64,000 bases of DNA from Elusimicrobiota bacterium (GTDB lineage Bacteria; Elusimicrobiota; Elusimicrobia; UBA1565), in NCBI GenBank assembly GCA_041660925.1, contig JBAZVI010000010.1:41519-105518 (forward strand). The letters are read 5' to 3'. How positions within the stretch are numbered: the stretch's first letter is position 1; every line of letters begins with the position of its first letter. Shown piece by piece: positions 44,301 to 52,784 of this stretch. The position numbers and the translations under genes were made by a program. Under the pieces are notes generated by a model that was not told the origin of the DNA, made no database searches, and saw only the letters and a program-made list of their open reading frames with translations.

Positions 44301-47300
44301 GGTCGTATATCCTGAATTCAGCATGCTTTTGAGCACCCCCATGGCAGGTGGCACCCCAGAGGCGGCGCTGGCATCGGGACTGACCGATATCCAACTCGTT
44401 GAAGCCGATACCACTACGGCGTCGTTTGTGGATTTCCTCTCCAGCATGACGGCGCAGGGACTTCGGCGCGTTGGTGGTATCTACAGGTTCGATCCGGAAT
44501 CAGCGGTATTCGTCCCGTCGGCTACCTTTGTTCTGCACTATAACGCTGATGATTTGGGGGCTCTTGATAGTGTTGCCGCCAACCTTGTCATCGCGAATTT
44601 TGACCCAATCGCTGGGTGGGTAGTCGTTCCTGTCGGGCAGAGCAATGATACGGTGACTAGCCAGCTCGCCCTTGGGATTTCACATGCCTCGGGGTACTAT
44701 GGAGTTTTTGCGCGTCCGAACGACAGGACGCCGCCGACCACGCAGATCGTGTTGAAGGAGCCTGTTTTCAGCATCTGGGATGGGCCGACCTTTGTTTCAA
44801 CTGCGACCAAAATCACCCTGGTCGCTGTTGATACTGGGACATTGGGGGGGCCGATATCTGGGGTCGCGAATTCATATTACATGGCCCGAGAATCCAGGAG
44901 TTCATTCCCATCGGCGTTCAATGCTCAGACAATCGGAGAGTTCACGGCATACTCACAGCAGCCATTCCAACTCGTCGCAGGAGGCTCGGCGACAGTGGCT
45001 TATGCGAGCCTCGATCATGCCAGCAACTACGGGGTCCTTTCCTTTAAGGATGTGTTCGTCGATACCGTTCCTCCGCGCAGTAGCATCTATTCGGATGGCG
45101 AACTCATTGCGTCGGCCGGGGCGACTTTTCACATTCAGGCTTCGTCAGGTATTTCATTCGATGCTGACGATATAATCGCTGCGGGGAATGCCTCAGGGGT
45201 GGATAGCGTCGAGTATTCCATCGACAATGAACCATACCAGCAGGCTTTGGAGGTGTTCTTCCTCAGCCCAGGCAGCCATACCATCGTTTACCGCGGCGTC
45301 GATAATGTCGGGAACGTCGAAGAGCCTCATTCTCAGGACTTCTTCGTTGAGGTGTTCGCGGACACGGCGGCTCCAGTGACCACCATGGGAATCGAAGGGC
45401 CTTCAACGACGACTGCTGCGGGTCGGGTCTACATTTCCACTCATTCTCGGATCGTGCTCCAGGCGATTGCCCCTGCAATCCCTCCTGGAGATTTCTCGGG
45501 TGTAGCGACCACCTACTTCCTCGTTGACGTAACCCCGCAAGCATGCGGCTTCGAAGATGGGGAGCCCATCGTTTACAGCACCATGCCAGTCGGGAGCTGT
45601 CAGAACCCGGTCTATGTCTCTTCTTTCACCCTGACCGTTGGAACCCACACGCTCTATTACATGAGCGTGGACATGGCTGGGAATGCCGAACAGCTTCAGA
45701 TGGTGAACTTGGCGGTGGACGGCGACGCGCCGCTTGCGGCGTTCCAGTCCCCCGTGGAGCGCGGCTGGCTGGGCGCCGGCAGCCATGACGCCAGCCTGAC
45801 CCTGACGGACCCGCCGGTTTGGGGCTTCCCCGGGGCGGGCGTGGACACCACGACGGTCCATCTCCTGCTCGACAACAACGCGCTTTCGGGGCTTTCCTTC
45901 TCCGGGAGCAGCGTCACGGCTTCCCTTGGATCTCCCTCCCATGGTCAGCACATCCTTGAGGCCCGTTTTGCCGACTTCGTAGCCAACAGCAGTTCGGCCT
46001 TCGTCTCATTCGGGGTCGATACCATCCCGCCTGATCTGACTGTAGCCCCGACCGGGCCTTACGTGCTCGAAGCTCGGCCGGTGCTCACCGCGTTGCTCAG
46101 CGACCACGACTCTGGAGCCTCCTCTTCCACGCTGAAGCTTCGCCTGGACGGGAACCAGCTCGCGGCGGAAGTGTATATCCCGAGCGGCGGCGGGGCGCCT
46201 GGTCCGTGGCAGGCCGCAGCCGATATGCCCGGCATGCATATGCAGGCTGCCTCCGTGATGTCGAACGGGCGCCTCTACGTGGCGGGCGGTATCAACGAGA
46301 GCTGGGGCATCACGAGCGTCGTCCGTTACGCTCAGGTCCTGCCCGAGGGCGGGGTGGGGGAGTGGCATGTCGGGCCGCCGCTTCTGACGGCGGTGACCGG
46401 CGCGCGCATGGTGGCATCGGGGAATCGGATCTATGTCCTGGGCGGCAACAACGGCTCCTCGATGAGCCGACAGGTATTCTATTCCGAGGTGGCCGGTGAC
46501 GGGACGATGGGGGCCTGGCAGCCGCTCCCCGACATGCCCTTCGACGGCGGCACCGGGTATTTCGGCGTCGCATCGGTCGGCGGCTACATCTACGTGATGG
46601 GCGGCAACAACTGGAGCTGTCAGCTCCACAACAAGGTCTATTTCGCGAAGATCTGCGCGGACGGGCTCTGCTATCCCGGAAACGAGAGCGAGCATGCCGC
46701 TCCCTGGGCGCCCACCACGGTCCTCCCCCTGGGCATCACCGCGTTCTCGAGCGCGGCCTCGGAGGAAGGGCTCTACGTCTACGTCCCCGGCGGCGCGGCG
46801 GGCTGCGGTACCGGCGCCCAGAGCCAGGTCTACTACAACCCCATCAACTCGAACGGAACGCTGAGCGACTGGCACGAGACCTCGTCTTTGCCCCGCGCGC
46901 TGACCAACCACCTCGTTCTGGCTTCGGGCGGCTACCTCTTCGCGATGGGCGGAAACGACGGTGGGGCCTACTTCAACTCGGTCTACTACGCGAAGATGAA
47001 GGCCGACTACTCGCTCGAGGCGTGGGAGACCGCCGAGAATGTCCTGCCCGCCAACATGAACGGCATCGCCGGCGGCGCGTGGGGCGGACGCCTCTACATC
47101 GCCGGCGGCGCGGCGGAAGGCTACCCGAGCGCACAGGTCCACTGGAGCCAGCTGCCCATAGGGGACGCCCACTCGGTCGCGGCGCGCTTCCTCCCGATGG
47201 AGGATATCGTCGAGGGGTCCCACCAGCTCTCGGCGGAAGGCGCGGACTTCGCGGGGAACACGAGCAACGCCCAGGCGTCGTTCACTTTGGATCTCCATCC

Positions 47301-50300
47301 CCCGACGCTTGCCGTGCTCATCGATGGGGTGCGCCATGCGCTCTCGGGGTACGCGGCGGTCCGCTCCGAGCGCCCAGTCCTCCGCCTGGAGTATTCCGAC
47401 GCGGGGAGCGGGGTGAATCCCGCGACCGCGCGCATCCTCGTGGACGGGAACGATCTGAGCAATCAACTCGCTTTCGACGGCGGGGGGGCTCAGCTCGTCG
47501 TGAGCACCCCGCTCGCCCAGGGCAAGCACACGCTGGAGGCAGCGGTCTCCGACCATGCCGGCCGCAACGCCTCCATGCGGCTCGACCTCCTCCTGGACTC
47601 CCTGGCGCCGCAGGTCGCGGTGAGCACGCCGACGGACGGCAGCTTCGTCTCGACGCGCACGCCGGCCATGATGGCGGGCTATTCCGATGAGGGCTCAGGG
47701 CTCGTCCAGCAGAGCATCCAGCTCCTCTTAGACGGCGCCACGGTCGCGGCCCAGGTCTCCCTGGTGGGAGCAGGCAGCGGCGGTACGCCGGGGCCTTGGA
47801 CGCCTACGACGACGATGCCGGGCTCGCACGCCCAGCCGGCCTATGCCACGCTCGATGGGCACCTTTACATCGCGGGCGGCATCGATGAGAACTGGGCGCT
47901 CTCGAACAAGATCCGCTTCGCGCCGATCATGCCGGGCGGCGGTCTGGGCGCCTGGCAGCGCGGTCCGGACATCCCCTTCTCGGTGACCGGGGCGCGCATG
48001 GTCGCGACCGCGCATCGGCTCTTCCTGCTCGGCGGCAACCCCGGCGGGGGGATGTTGAGCCAGGTGTACTACAGCGACATCGATTCGCAGGGTATGCCGA
48101 CGGGCTGGCATGACCTTCCGTCTATGCCGTTCGCGGGCGGGGTCGGCTACTTCGGCGCCGCCGCGGCCGGCGGGTACATCTACGTCATGGGCGGTCACGA
48201 CGCGAGCTGTACGGTCCATAATGCGGTCTACTACACGAAGGTCTGCGATGCGGGGCTCTGCAACCCCAAGGGCAGCGGCTCGAACGTCTGGGAGCTCACC
48301 GAGGCGCTCCCCCTGGGCATCACCTTCTTCTCGAACGCGGCCTCCGACGACGGCCTCTACGTCTATGTGCCCGGCGGGGCGACGGGCTGCGGCGGCGGGC
48401 TAAGGAGCGACGTCTGGTACAGCGCGCCCGGCACCGACGGCGCGCTCGGGGAATGGACGGCGACGACCCCGCTCCCGCACGCCCTCTCGAACCACCTCGT
48501 GTTGACCTCGGGCGAATATCTCTACGCGATGGGCGGAAACGAAGGCGCGAGCTACTTCGACACGGTCTTCTACGCGAAGATGGACGCGACGAACCACTCC
48601 CTGGGCGCTTGGGAGACCGCCGCGAACGCCCTGCCGGGCCGGATGAACGGCATCGGCGGCGGTGCGTGGGATGGACGGCTCTACATCGCGGGCGGGGCCG
48701 TGGACGGCTATGTGAGCGGCAATGCGTACTTCTCGGAACTGCCGACGGGCAAGGTGGTCTCCGCCTCGGCGACCTACACGCCGCCCACGCCGCTGCTCGA
48801 GGGCCGCTACGAGTTGCGCGCCGAAGCCTTGGACCTGGTGGGTAACCTCGGCCTTGCGACCTCGACCTTCCGACTCGACCTCACGCCGCCTTTGAGCACG
48901 CTCGCGGCGCTGGGGACCTCGCGCACGCATGACGGGACCCTCTATGTCGGACTCGGCGGCAGCGTCACGGTCTCGGCGACGGATCTTCCGCTCAGCTCGG
49001 GCTCCGGGGTGGCGGCGAGCTACCTGGGAGTCGGCGAGGAGGAGATGCTGCTCTCCTCGGCGCCTTTACGGCTGGCCGACGGCCTGCATGCCTTCTCCTT
49101 CTACAGCATGGACTTTGCGGGCAATGCCGAATCCACCAAGACCGCACAGGCATACTTCGACAGCTACCCGCCCGCGACGGTCAACGACCTGTCCATTGCC
49201 TCCGTCTTCGAGTCCTCCATCACCTTGAGCTGGAGTGAGCCGACCGACCAGGGTGCCGGACTCGAGTCTTTCATGCTGGCCCGCGCGAGCGAGGCGCTCA
49301 CCGAGGCGAACTTCATCTACGCGAGCACGGTGTCCGTCCCCAGCCCGGTCGCGCCCGGGACGCGGCACTATGTGACCTTGGAAGGGGTGGGCTCGTCCGC
49401 TTACGCCGCCCTCAAGGCGATGGACAAGGCGGGGAACCTCTCCGCGCTGAGCGGCGTCATGTCCTTCGTGCGCAGCACGGTGACGGTCGGCGGCGCGCCG
49501 GAGCTGGGCTTCACGGCGAATCAGCCGGTGACCGCGGCCTTGGTCGAGACGACGCAGTCCACCGGAGTCGTCGTGCTCGCCGCGGCCGTGGAGCAGCGGC
49601 TCGAGCCGGTGGCCTCGATCTACAACCTCGGACCCGAAGGCGCGACCTTCGACCCGCCGGCCATGCTCGTCTTCCGCTATTCGACGCAGACGCTGGCCGA
49701 CATGGGCCTCACGCCCTCCGACGTCGCCATCTACCACTACGAGAACGGCACGCTCGTGCGCGTGGAGCCGCAGACCCGCGATGAAGTCGCTCAGACGGTG
49801 AGCGCGCCCATCTCGCACATCGCCTCCATCTTCATGCTGGCCGGCATGTCGGGCGGGCACTTCGCGCTCTCTACCGGGCCCATCGGGATGCCCTTCACGC
49901 TCACAGGCAGCGGCTTCGGCACTTACGACGGGGCCAACACCCGGGTCAAGTTCGGGACGACGCTCGCTCCGCTCTCGCTCTGGAACGACACGACCATCGC
50001 GGGCACGGTGCCCGGCCTCGCGGCCGGGGTCTACGCCGTGCGCATCGAGCGCCAGAGCGGCTCGACGACGACGAGCGTCTCGGGCGGGAACTTCACCGTC
50101 CTGACGCCCTCCGTGGCCTCGCTTGCGCCCTCCTCCGCGCCCATCGGTGCGCCCTTCACGCTCACCGGAACGGCATTCGGGCCCTATAACGGCGCGAACA
50201 CGGTGGCGCTCTTCAACGGGACGACGGCATCGCTCTCGGTGTGGAACGACACCACCATCACGGGCACGGTGCCCGGCATCGTCCCCGGGGCCGTAGAGAT

Positions 50301-52782
50301 CGTCCTCGTGCGTCGCACCTCGGACGGAGGCAGCGTCACGAGCGCGCCGATGGATTTCACGGTCGTCGCCCCTTCCATCGAGAGCGTGGTGCCCTCCTCG
50401 GGCCCCATCGGGATCACCCTCAACGTCATCGGGACGGGTTTCGGGCCCTATGACGGGGCAGCTACCGTGCTCCTCGTGGGCGGGACGCCGGCGCCGCTCT
50501 CGCTCTGGAACGACACGACCATCACGGGCACCGTGCCCGGCCTCACGGCCGGCCAGCACGGAGTCGTCGTACGGCGCACTACCGCCGACGGCGGGCTCAT
50601 CGAGAGTTCCACCGTCTACTTCCAGGTCACCGACGGCAGCGTGGCCTCGCTCATGCCTTCGACCGGGCCCGTCGGCGTCCCCTTCACCATTACGGGGACC
50701 AGCTTCGGCGCCTACGACGGGGCCAACACGCGGGTCCGCTTCGGGACGACGCTGGCGCCCCTCTCGGTGTGGAACGACACCACCATCACGGGGACCATCC
50801 CCGGGCTCACTGTCGGCAGCTACGCGGTCACCGTGGAGCGCCAGCAGGGTGAGAGCGTCGGCTCGGCCGGGGCCGGGACCTTCATCGTGCAGAATCCGGT
50901 CGTCTCCGCGGTGAGTCCGTCCTCCGCTCCGATCGGGTCGGCGTTCACGCTCACTGGCGCGGGCTTCGGGCCCTACAACGGCTCGGCGACCCAGGTCCTG
51001 TTCGGCGGGGTCGCGGCTTCCTTGTCGGTCTGGAACGATACCACCATCACGGGGGTCATCCCTGGCGCGCTCTCGACCGGGCAGCAGACCGTCGTGGTCC
51101 GGCGCACGACCGGGGACGGCGGCAGCAGCGAGAGCGCCCCGGTCAGCTTCCTTGTGACGGGTGCGGCCATCGCGGGCATGACGCCCTCCGCGGCGCCCAT
51201 CGGGACGCCCTTCACCATCACCGGGAGCGACTTCGGCGCTTACGATGGGGCCAACACGAGGGTTAAGTTCGGGGCGACCCTCGCGGCGCTCTCGGTCTGG
51301 AACGACACCACCATCTCAGGCACGGTCCCGGGCATCTCGACGGGGACCTGCGAGGTGGTCGTCGAGCGCCAGCAGGGCGGCGGGGTTACGGCGAGCAACG
51401 CCTTCAGCTTCACGCGCAACAGCCCGGCCGTGACGGACCTTGCGCCTTCCTCGGCGCCCATCGGCGCGCCCTTCACCATCACGGGCAGCGGGTTCGGTCC
51501 CTACAACGGCGCGAACACGCGGGTCCGCTTCGGGGACCTGGTGGCTGCGCTCTCAGTCTGGAACGACACGACTATCTCGGGCACGGTGCCCGGGGCGGCG
51601 GCCGTCGGTGCGACGACGCTCCTGGTCGAGCGGCTGACCGCGGACGGCGGCTACTCGGCTGCCGAGCCGCAGGCCTTCGAGGTCCTCGCGCCGCACATCG
51701 ACGTGATGGACCCGCTCGGCGGGTTGGGGGGGACGGCCTTCTCGCTCACCGGCGGGGGGTTCGGACCCTATTCCGGTGCGGCCACCCGCGTGCTCTTCGA
51801 CGGCGCGCCGGCGGCGCTCAGCGTCTGGCAGGACCACCGGATCGTCGGCGTCGTGCCGGATGGGCTCAGCACCGGCGAACATCAGGTCCTCGTCGAGCGC
51901 GCGCCCACCGGAGGGGTCGTCCAGAGCAACGCGGTCGTCTTCACCGTGGGAACGCCCGTCGGCGGTGCGGCCCTGGGCTCGACCAGCGCGGCGCCGCTCA
52001 GCGCCCGCCCGGCCTGGCACTTCGAGGCCCGCCTGCCCGTGACCGCCGCCGAGGGCGGCCGGGTCGAAGCCCCGGTGCGCGCGGCCGTGCAGGTCGCGCC
52101 CGACGCGCTCGAGGCGGACAAGGAACTGACCATCGCCAAGGGCCGCACGGACAGCGCGCAGGAAGGGGTCCGCATGGCCGCTCAGTCCAAGCGGGACATC
52201 GCCCCGGCCGGCCCGGCCATCGAGTTCGGACCCGAGGGGACGCAGTTCAAGGCCCCCGTGCTCATCGAGCTGCCCTACTCGCCCAAGGACCTGGCGCCCG
52301 GGCAGAGCGAGGACGGGGTCGCCGTCCACTATTGGGACCCGGCCGCGAAGGACTGGGTGGCGCTCCTGAGCGAGGTGGACAAGGTCAACAAGCGGGTGCG
52401 CGCCCGCACCAACCACTTCTCGCTCTATCAGCCCATGGCGGCCGCTCTGCGGCCCTCGGCTGCGAGCGAGGAGTTCGCCCTGCGCGACGTCTACGTCTTC
52501 CCGAACCCGGCCCGTGCCGGCGCGAAGCCGACCTTCCATGTGGAGACCGGGCTGGCGGATACGCTCGGCATCCGGATATACGACGTCTCGGGTAAGCTCG
52601 TCCATGAGCATGAGCTGGCCGGACCTCCGGGCGTCGTAGATGACGGCGCCGGGCCGGAGTACGCTTTCGAGTACGTTTGGGAAGGCCGCATCCCGAGCGG
52701 GGTCTACTTCTACGCCATCGAGGCGAAGAAAGCGGGCCAGGGGAGCTTGCGCAAGACAGGCAAGCTCGGGGTGGTGAGGTAG
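41329..52782 (+). CDS. 3817-aa secreted multidomain surface protein: Zn-PLC/S1-P1-like N-domain, Ig-like domains, 2 Kelch propellers, FN3, 8 IPT/TIG repeats, T9SS-type C-terminal domain
   Basis: The ATG lies 1 nt after the HEAT gene stop. Signal MARNFILTLFFVAVFCVPSAAF|W. The mature N-terminal W...THKK...HLVEDRAVPAH is Zn-PLC-like. Kelch-like LYVAGG/IYVLGG/IYVMGG blades occur twice. FN3: ITLSWSEPTD. Eight IPT/TIG repeats of about 87 aa: GPIGxPFTxTGxGFGxYxGA...LSVWNDTTI.GTVPG. CTD: VYVFPNPAR...IRIYDVSGKLV...SGVYFYAIE. Confidence 0.85.
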   Translation: MARNFILTLFFVAVFCVPSAAFWSVTTDGMSTHKKLSISAEQMLDDEYPDFFIEKYYRKRVAGWTSGYRDDCDAHDGNCSANDGNIFNHWRNAGLAYAKGQFAAAYRSIALILHLVEDRAVPAHVKMISHGFPPRMDNLEEMAHRNYRPLFRGILGSLDSLSHHADMDALTKALIGDDYWKQYWIDGAYGENDSDSFPPYWFIAGTAERTLLRNLLGSAAGHAAGMLMAVSKSLPPVIMDLRINRFMSGPANPLIVNFHVLENRKKDITITVKILNSVGVDTGRLAVNSYVYPLKAGVVIPWEDNVTLTWNGTPANGGTLEDGEYKLEVWAIDADEKSSSETTTSFILDRNPPQITLKNSKDVSVLSDFSGVGLPGDVIVTTDPNLTLTAEDNPSGIKSFRLYRLGGADSSPPTEFGAPKFSLQQSLPSLRDGDYVLEVVDAAGNITSHRIQIVANATRIVVRKPTDDTSAPSIIDTRLRHLSGVTGSRSISIAMENTIVGLSHYSVMLGETLISSQGFSGAPQSYSETLSDLAYGIYSIKVLDAENRELATTLSIGEVILQLSTETATTRYDETNGVFLATLDAKVRVGGGLKSIELYYANPDVTRVRAYAYTGETTDIVRSMTDLPSGDYYLVARAASGESYATNFSLKTDQYEVGIDPSESGSSLQNVVTGGQWGLTLATEGNLFASAGSFTSPVKKFKLAGTESNRLFLGGYIEQYKDGDFCHYNAGNVSAIDPLLADRSVSLVTPLRTGFLGKNKTAYRTGNTNELVSAFQTLAENNVWTSQPLGCNGACWEPKVTNFNETCPSGKLTVGRYIQYRTEKEAQPADITNNCVLGEDGNCATDIMGHPARYWGGAGYNGLLTATGQGLDYDPLNVTVNSLQLISPTGSNVALFPGGEAVFDTPTTPFNFSINPANVPDLPGFKSLVKSEASCPGNFSAITLTFNIPNLPEGAQIRHVINPATGASEDITTGKTSNSITGRASSCSPFLVVYPEFSMLLSTPMAGGTPEAALASGLTDIQLVEADTTTASFVDFLSSMTAQGLRRVGGIYRFDPESAVFVPSATFVLHYNADDLGALDSVAANLVIANFDPIAGWVVVPVGQSNDTVTSQLALGISHASGYYGVFARPNDRTPPTTQIVLKEPVFSIWDGPTFVSTATKITLVAVDTGTLGGPISGVANSYYMARESRSSFPSAFNAQTIGEFTAYSQQPFQLVAGGSATVAYASLDHASNYGVLSFKDVFVDTVPPRSSIYSDGELIASAGATFHIQASSGISFDADDIIAAGNASGVDSVEYSIDNEPYQQALEVFFLSPGSHTIVYRGVDNVGNVEEPHSQDFFVEVFADTAAPVTTMGIEGPSTTTAAGRVYISTHSRIVLQAIAPAIPPGDFSGVATTYFLVDVTPQACGFEDGEPIVYSTMPVGSCQNPVYVSSFTLTVGTHTLYYMSVDMAGNAEQLQMVNLAVDGDAPLAAFQSPVERGWLGAGSHDASLTLTDPPVWGFPGAGVDTTTVHLLLDNNALSGLSFSGSSVTASLGSPSHGQHILEARFADFVANSSSAFVSFGVDTIPPDLTVAPTGPYVLEARPVLTALLSDHDSGASSSTLKLRLDGNQLAAEVYIPSGGGAPGPWQAAADMPGMHMQAASVMSNGRLYVAGGINESWGITSVVRYAQVLPEGGVGEWHVGPPLLTAVTGARMVASGNRIYVLGGNNGSSMSRQVFYSEVAGDGTMGAWQPLPDMPFDGGTGYFGVASVGGYIYVMGGNNWSCQLHNKVYFAKICADGLCYPGNESEHAAPWAPTTVLPLGITAFSSAASEEGLYVYVPGGAAGCGTGAQSQVYYNPINSNGTLSDWHETSSLPRALTNHLVLASGGYLFAMGGNDGGAYFNSVYYAKMKADYSLEAWETAENVLPANMNGIAGGAWGGRLYIAGGAAEGYPSAQVHWSQLPIGDAHSVAARFLPMEDIVEGSHQLSAEGADFAGNTSNAQASFTLDLHPPTLAVLIDGVRHALSGYAAVRSERPVLRLEYSDAGSGVNPATARILVDGNDLSNQLAFDGGGAQLVVSTPLAQGKHTLEAAVSDHAGRNASMRLDLLLDSLAPQVAVSTPTDGSFVSTRTPAMMAGYSDEGSGLVQQSIQLLLDGATVAAQVSLVGAGSGGTPGPWTPTTTMPGSHAQPAYATLDGHLYIAGGIDENWALSNKIRFAPIMPGGGLGAWQRGPDIPFSVTGARMVATAHRLFLLGGNPGGGMLSQVYYSDIDSQGMPTGWHDLPSMPFAGGVGYFGAAAAGGYIYVMGGHDASCTVHNAVYYTKVCDAGLCNPKGSGSNVWELTEALPLGITFFSNAASDDGLYVYVPGGATGCGGGLRSDVWYSAPGTDGALGEWTATTPLPHALSNHLVLTSGEYLYAMGGNEGASYFDTVFYAKMDATNHSLGAWETAANALPGRMNGIGGGAWDGRLYIAGGAVDGYVSGNAYFSELPTGKVVSASATYTPPTPLLEGRYELRAEALDLVGNLGLATSTFRLDLTPPLSTLAALGTSRTHDGTLYVGLGGSVTVSATDLPLSSGSGVAASYLGVGEEEMLLSSAPLRLADGLHAFSFYSMDFAGNAESTKTAQAYFDSYPPATVNDLSIASVFESSITLSWSEPTDQGAGLESFMLARASEALTEANFIYASTVSVPSPVAPGTRHYVTLEGVGSSAYAALKAMDKAGNLSALSGVMSFVRSTVTVGGAPELGFTANQPVTAALVETTQSTGVVVLAAAVEQRLEPVASIYNLGPEGATFDPPAMLVFRYSTQTLADMGLTPSDVAIYHYENGTLVRVEPQTRDEVAQTVSAPISHIASIFMLAGMSGGHFALSTGPIGMPFTLTGSGFGTYDGANTRVKFGTTLAPLSLWNDTTIAGTVPGLAAGVYAVRIERQSGSTTTSVSGGNFTVLTPSVASLAPSSAPIGAPFTLTGTAFGPYNGANTVALFNGTTASLSVWNDTTITGTVPGIVPGAVEIVLVRRTSDGGSVTSAPMDFTVVAPSIESVVPSSGPIGITLNVIGTGFGPYDGAATVLLVGGTPAPLSLWNDTTITGTVPGLTAGQHGVVVRRTTADGGLIESSTVYFQVTDGSVASLMPSTGPVGVPFTITGTSFGAYDGANTRVRFGTTLAPLSVWNDTTITGTIPGLTVGSYAVTVERQQGESVGSAGAGTFIVQNPVVSAVSPSSAPIGSAFTLTGAGFGPYNGSATQVLFGGVAASLSVWNDTTITGVIPGALSTGQQTVVVRRTTGDGGSSESAPVSFLVTGAAIAGMTPSAAPIGTPFTITGSDFGAYDGANTRVKFGATLAALSVWNDTTISGTVPGISTGTCEVVVERQQGGGVTASNAFSFTRNSPAVTDLAPSSAPIGAPFTITGSGFGPYNGANTRVRFGDLVAALSVWNDTTISGTVPGAAAVGATTLLVERLTADGGYSAAEPQAFEVLAPHIDVMDPLGGLGGTAFSLTGGGFGPYSGAATRVLFDGAPAALSVWQDHRIVGVVPDGLSTGEHQVLVERAPTGGVVQSNAVVFTVGTPVGGAALGSTSAAPLSARPAWHFEARLPVTAAEGGRVEAPVRAAVQVAPDALEADKELTIAKGRTDSAQEGVRMAAQSKRDIAPAGPAIEFGPEGTQFKAPVLIELPYSPKDLAPGQSEDGVAVHYWDPAAKDWVALLSEVDKVNKRVRARTNHFSLYQPMAAALRPSAASEEFALRDVYVFPNPARAGAKPTFHVETGLADTLGIRIYDVSGKLVHEHELAGPPGVVDDGAGPEYAFEYVWEGRIPSGVYFYAIEAKKAGQGSLRKTGKLGVVR
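49855..51957 (+). repeat. eight tandem ~261-bp coding repeats (IPT/TIG-like) inside the giant gene
   Basis: The peptide pattern S..P..GPIG.PFT.TG.GFG.Y.GA.T.V.F......LSVWNDTTI.G.VPG recurs eight times. Confidence 0.8.
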
Positions 52783-52784
52783 CC

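Noticed and set aside
49855-51957. Regular ~261-bp tandem repeats that could be mistaken for a CRISPR or satellite array.
   Set aside because: The repeats are in frame within one ORF and encode IPT/TIG-like domains. The unit is far too long and there are no spacers.
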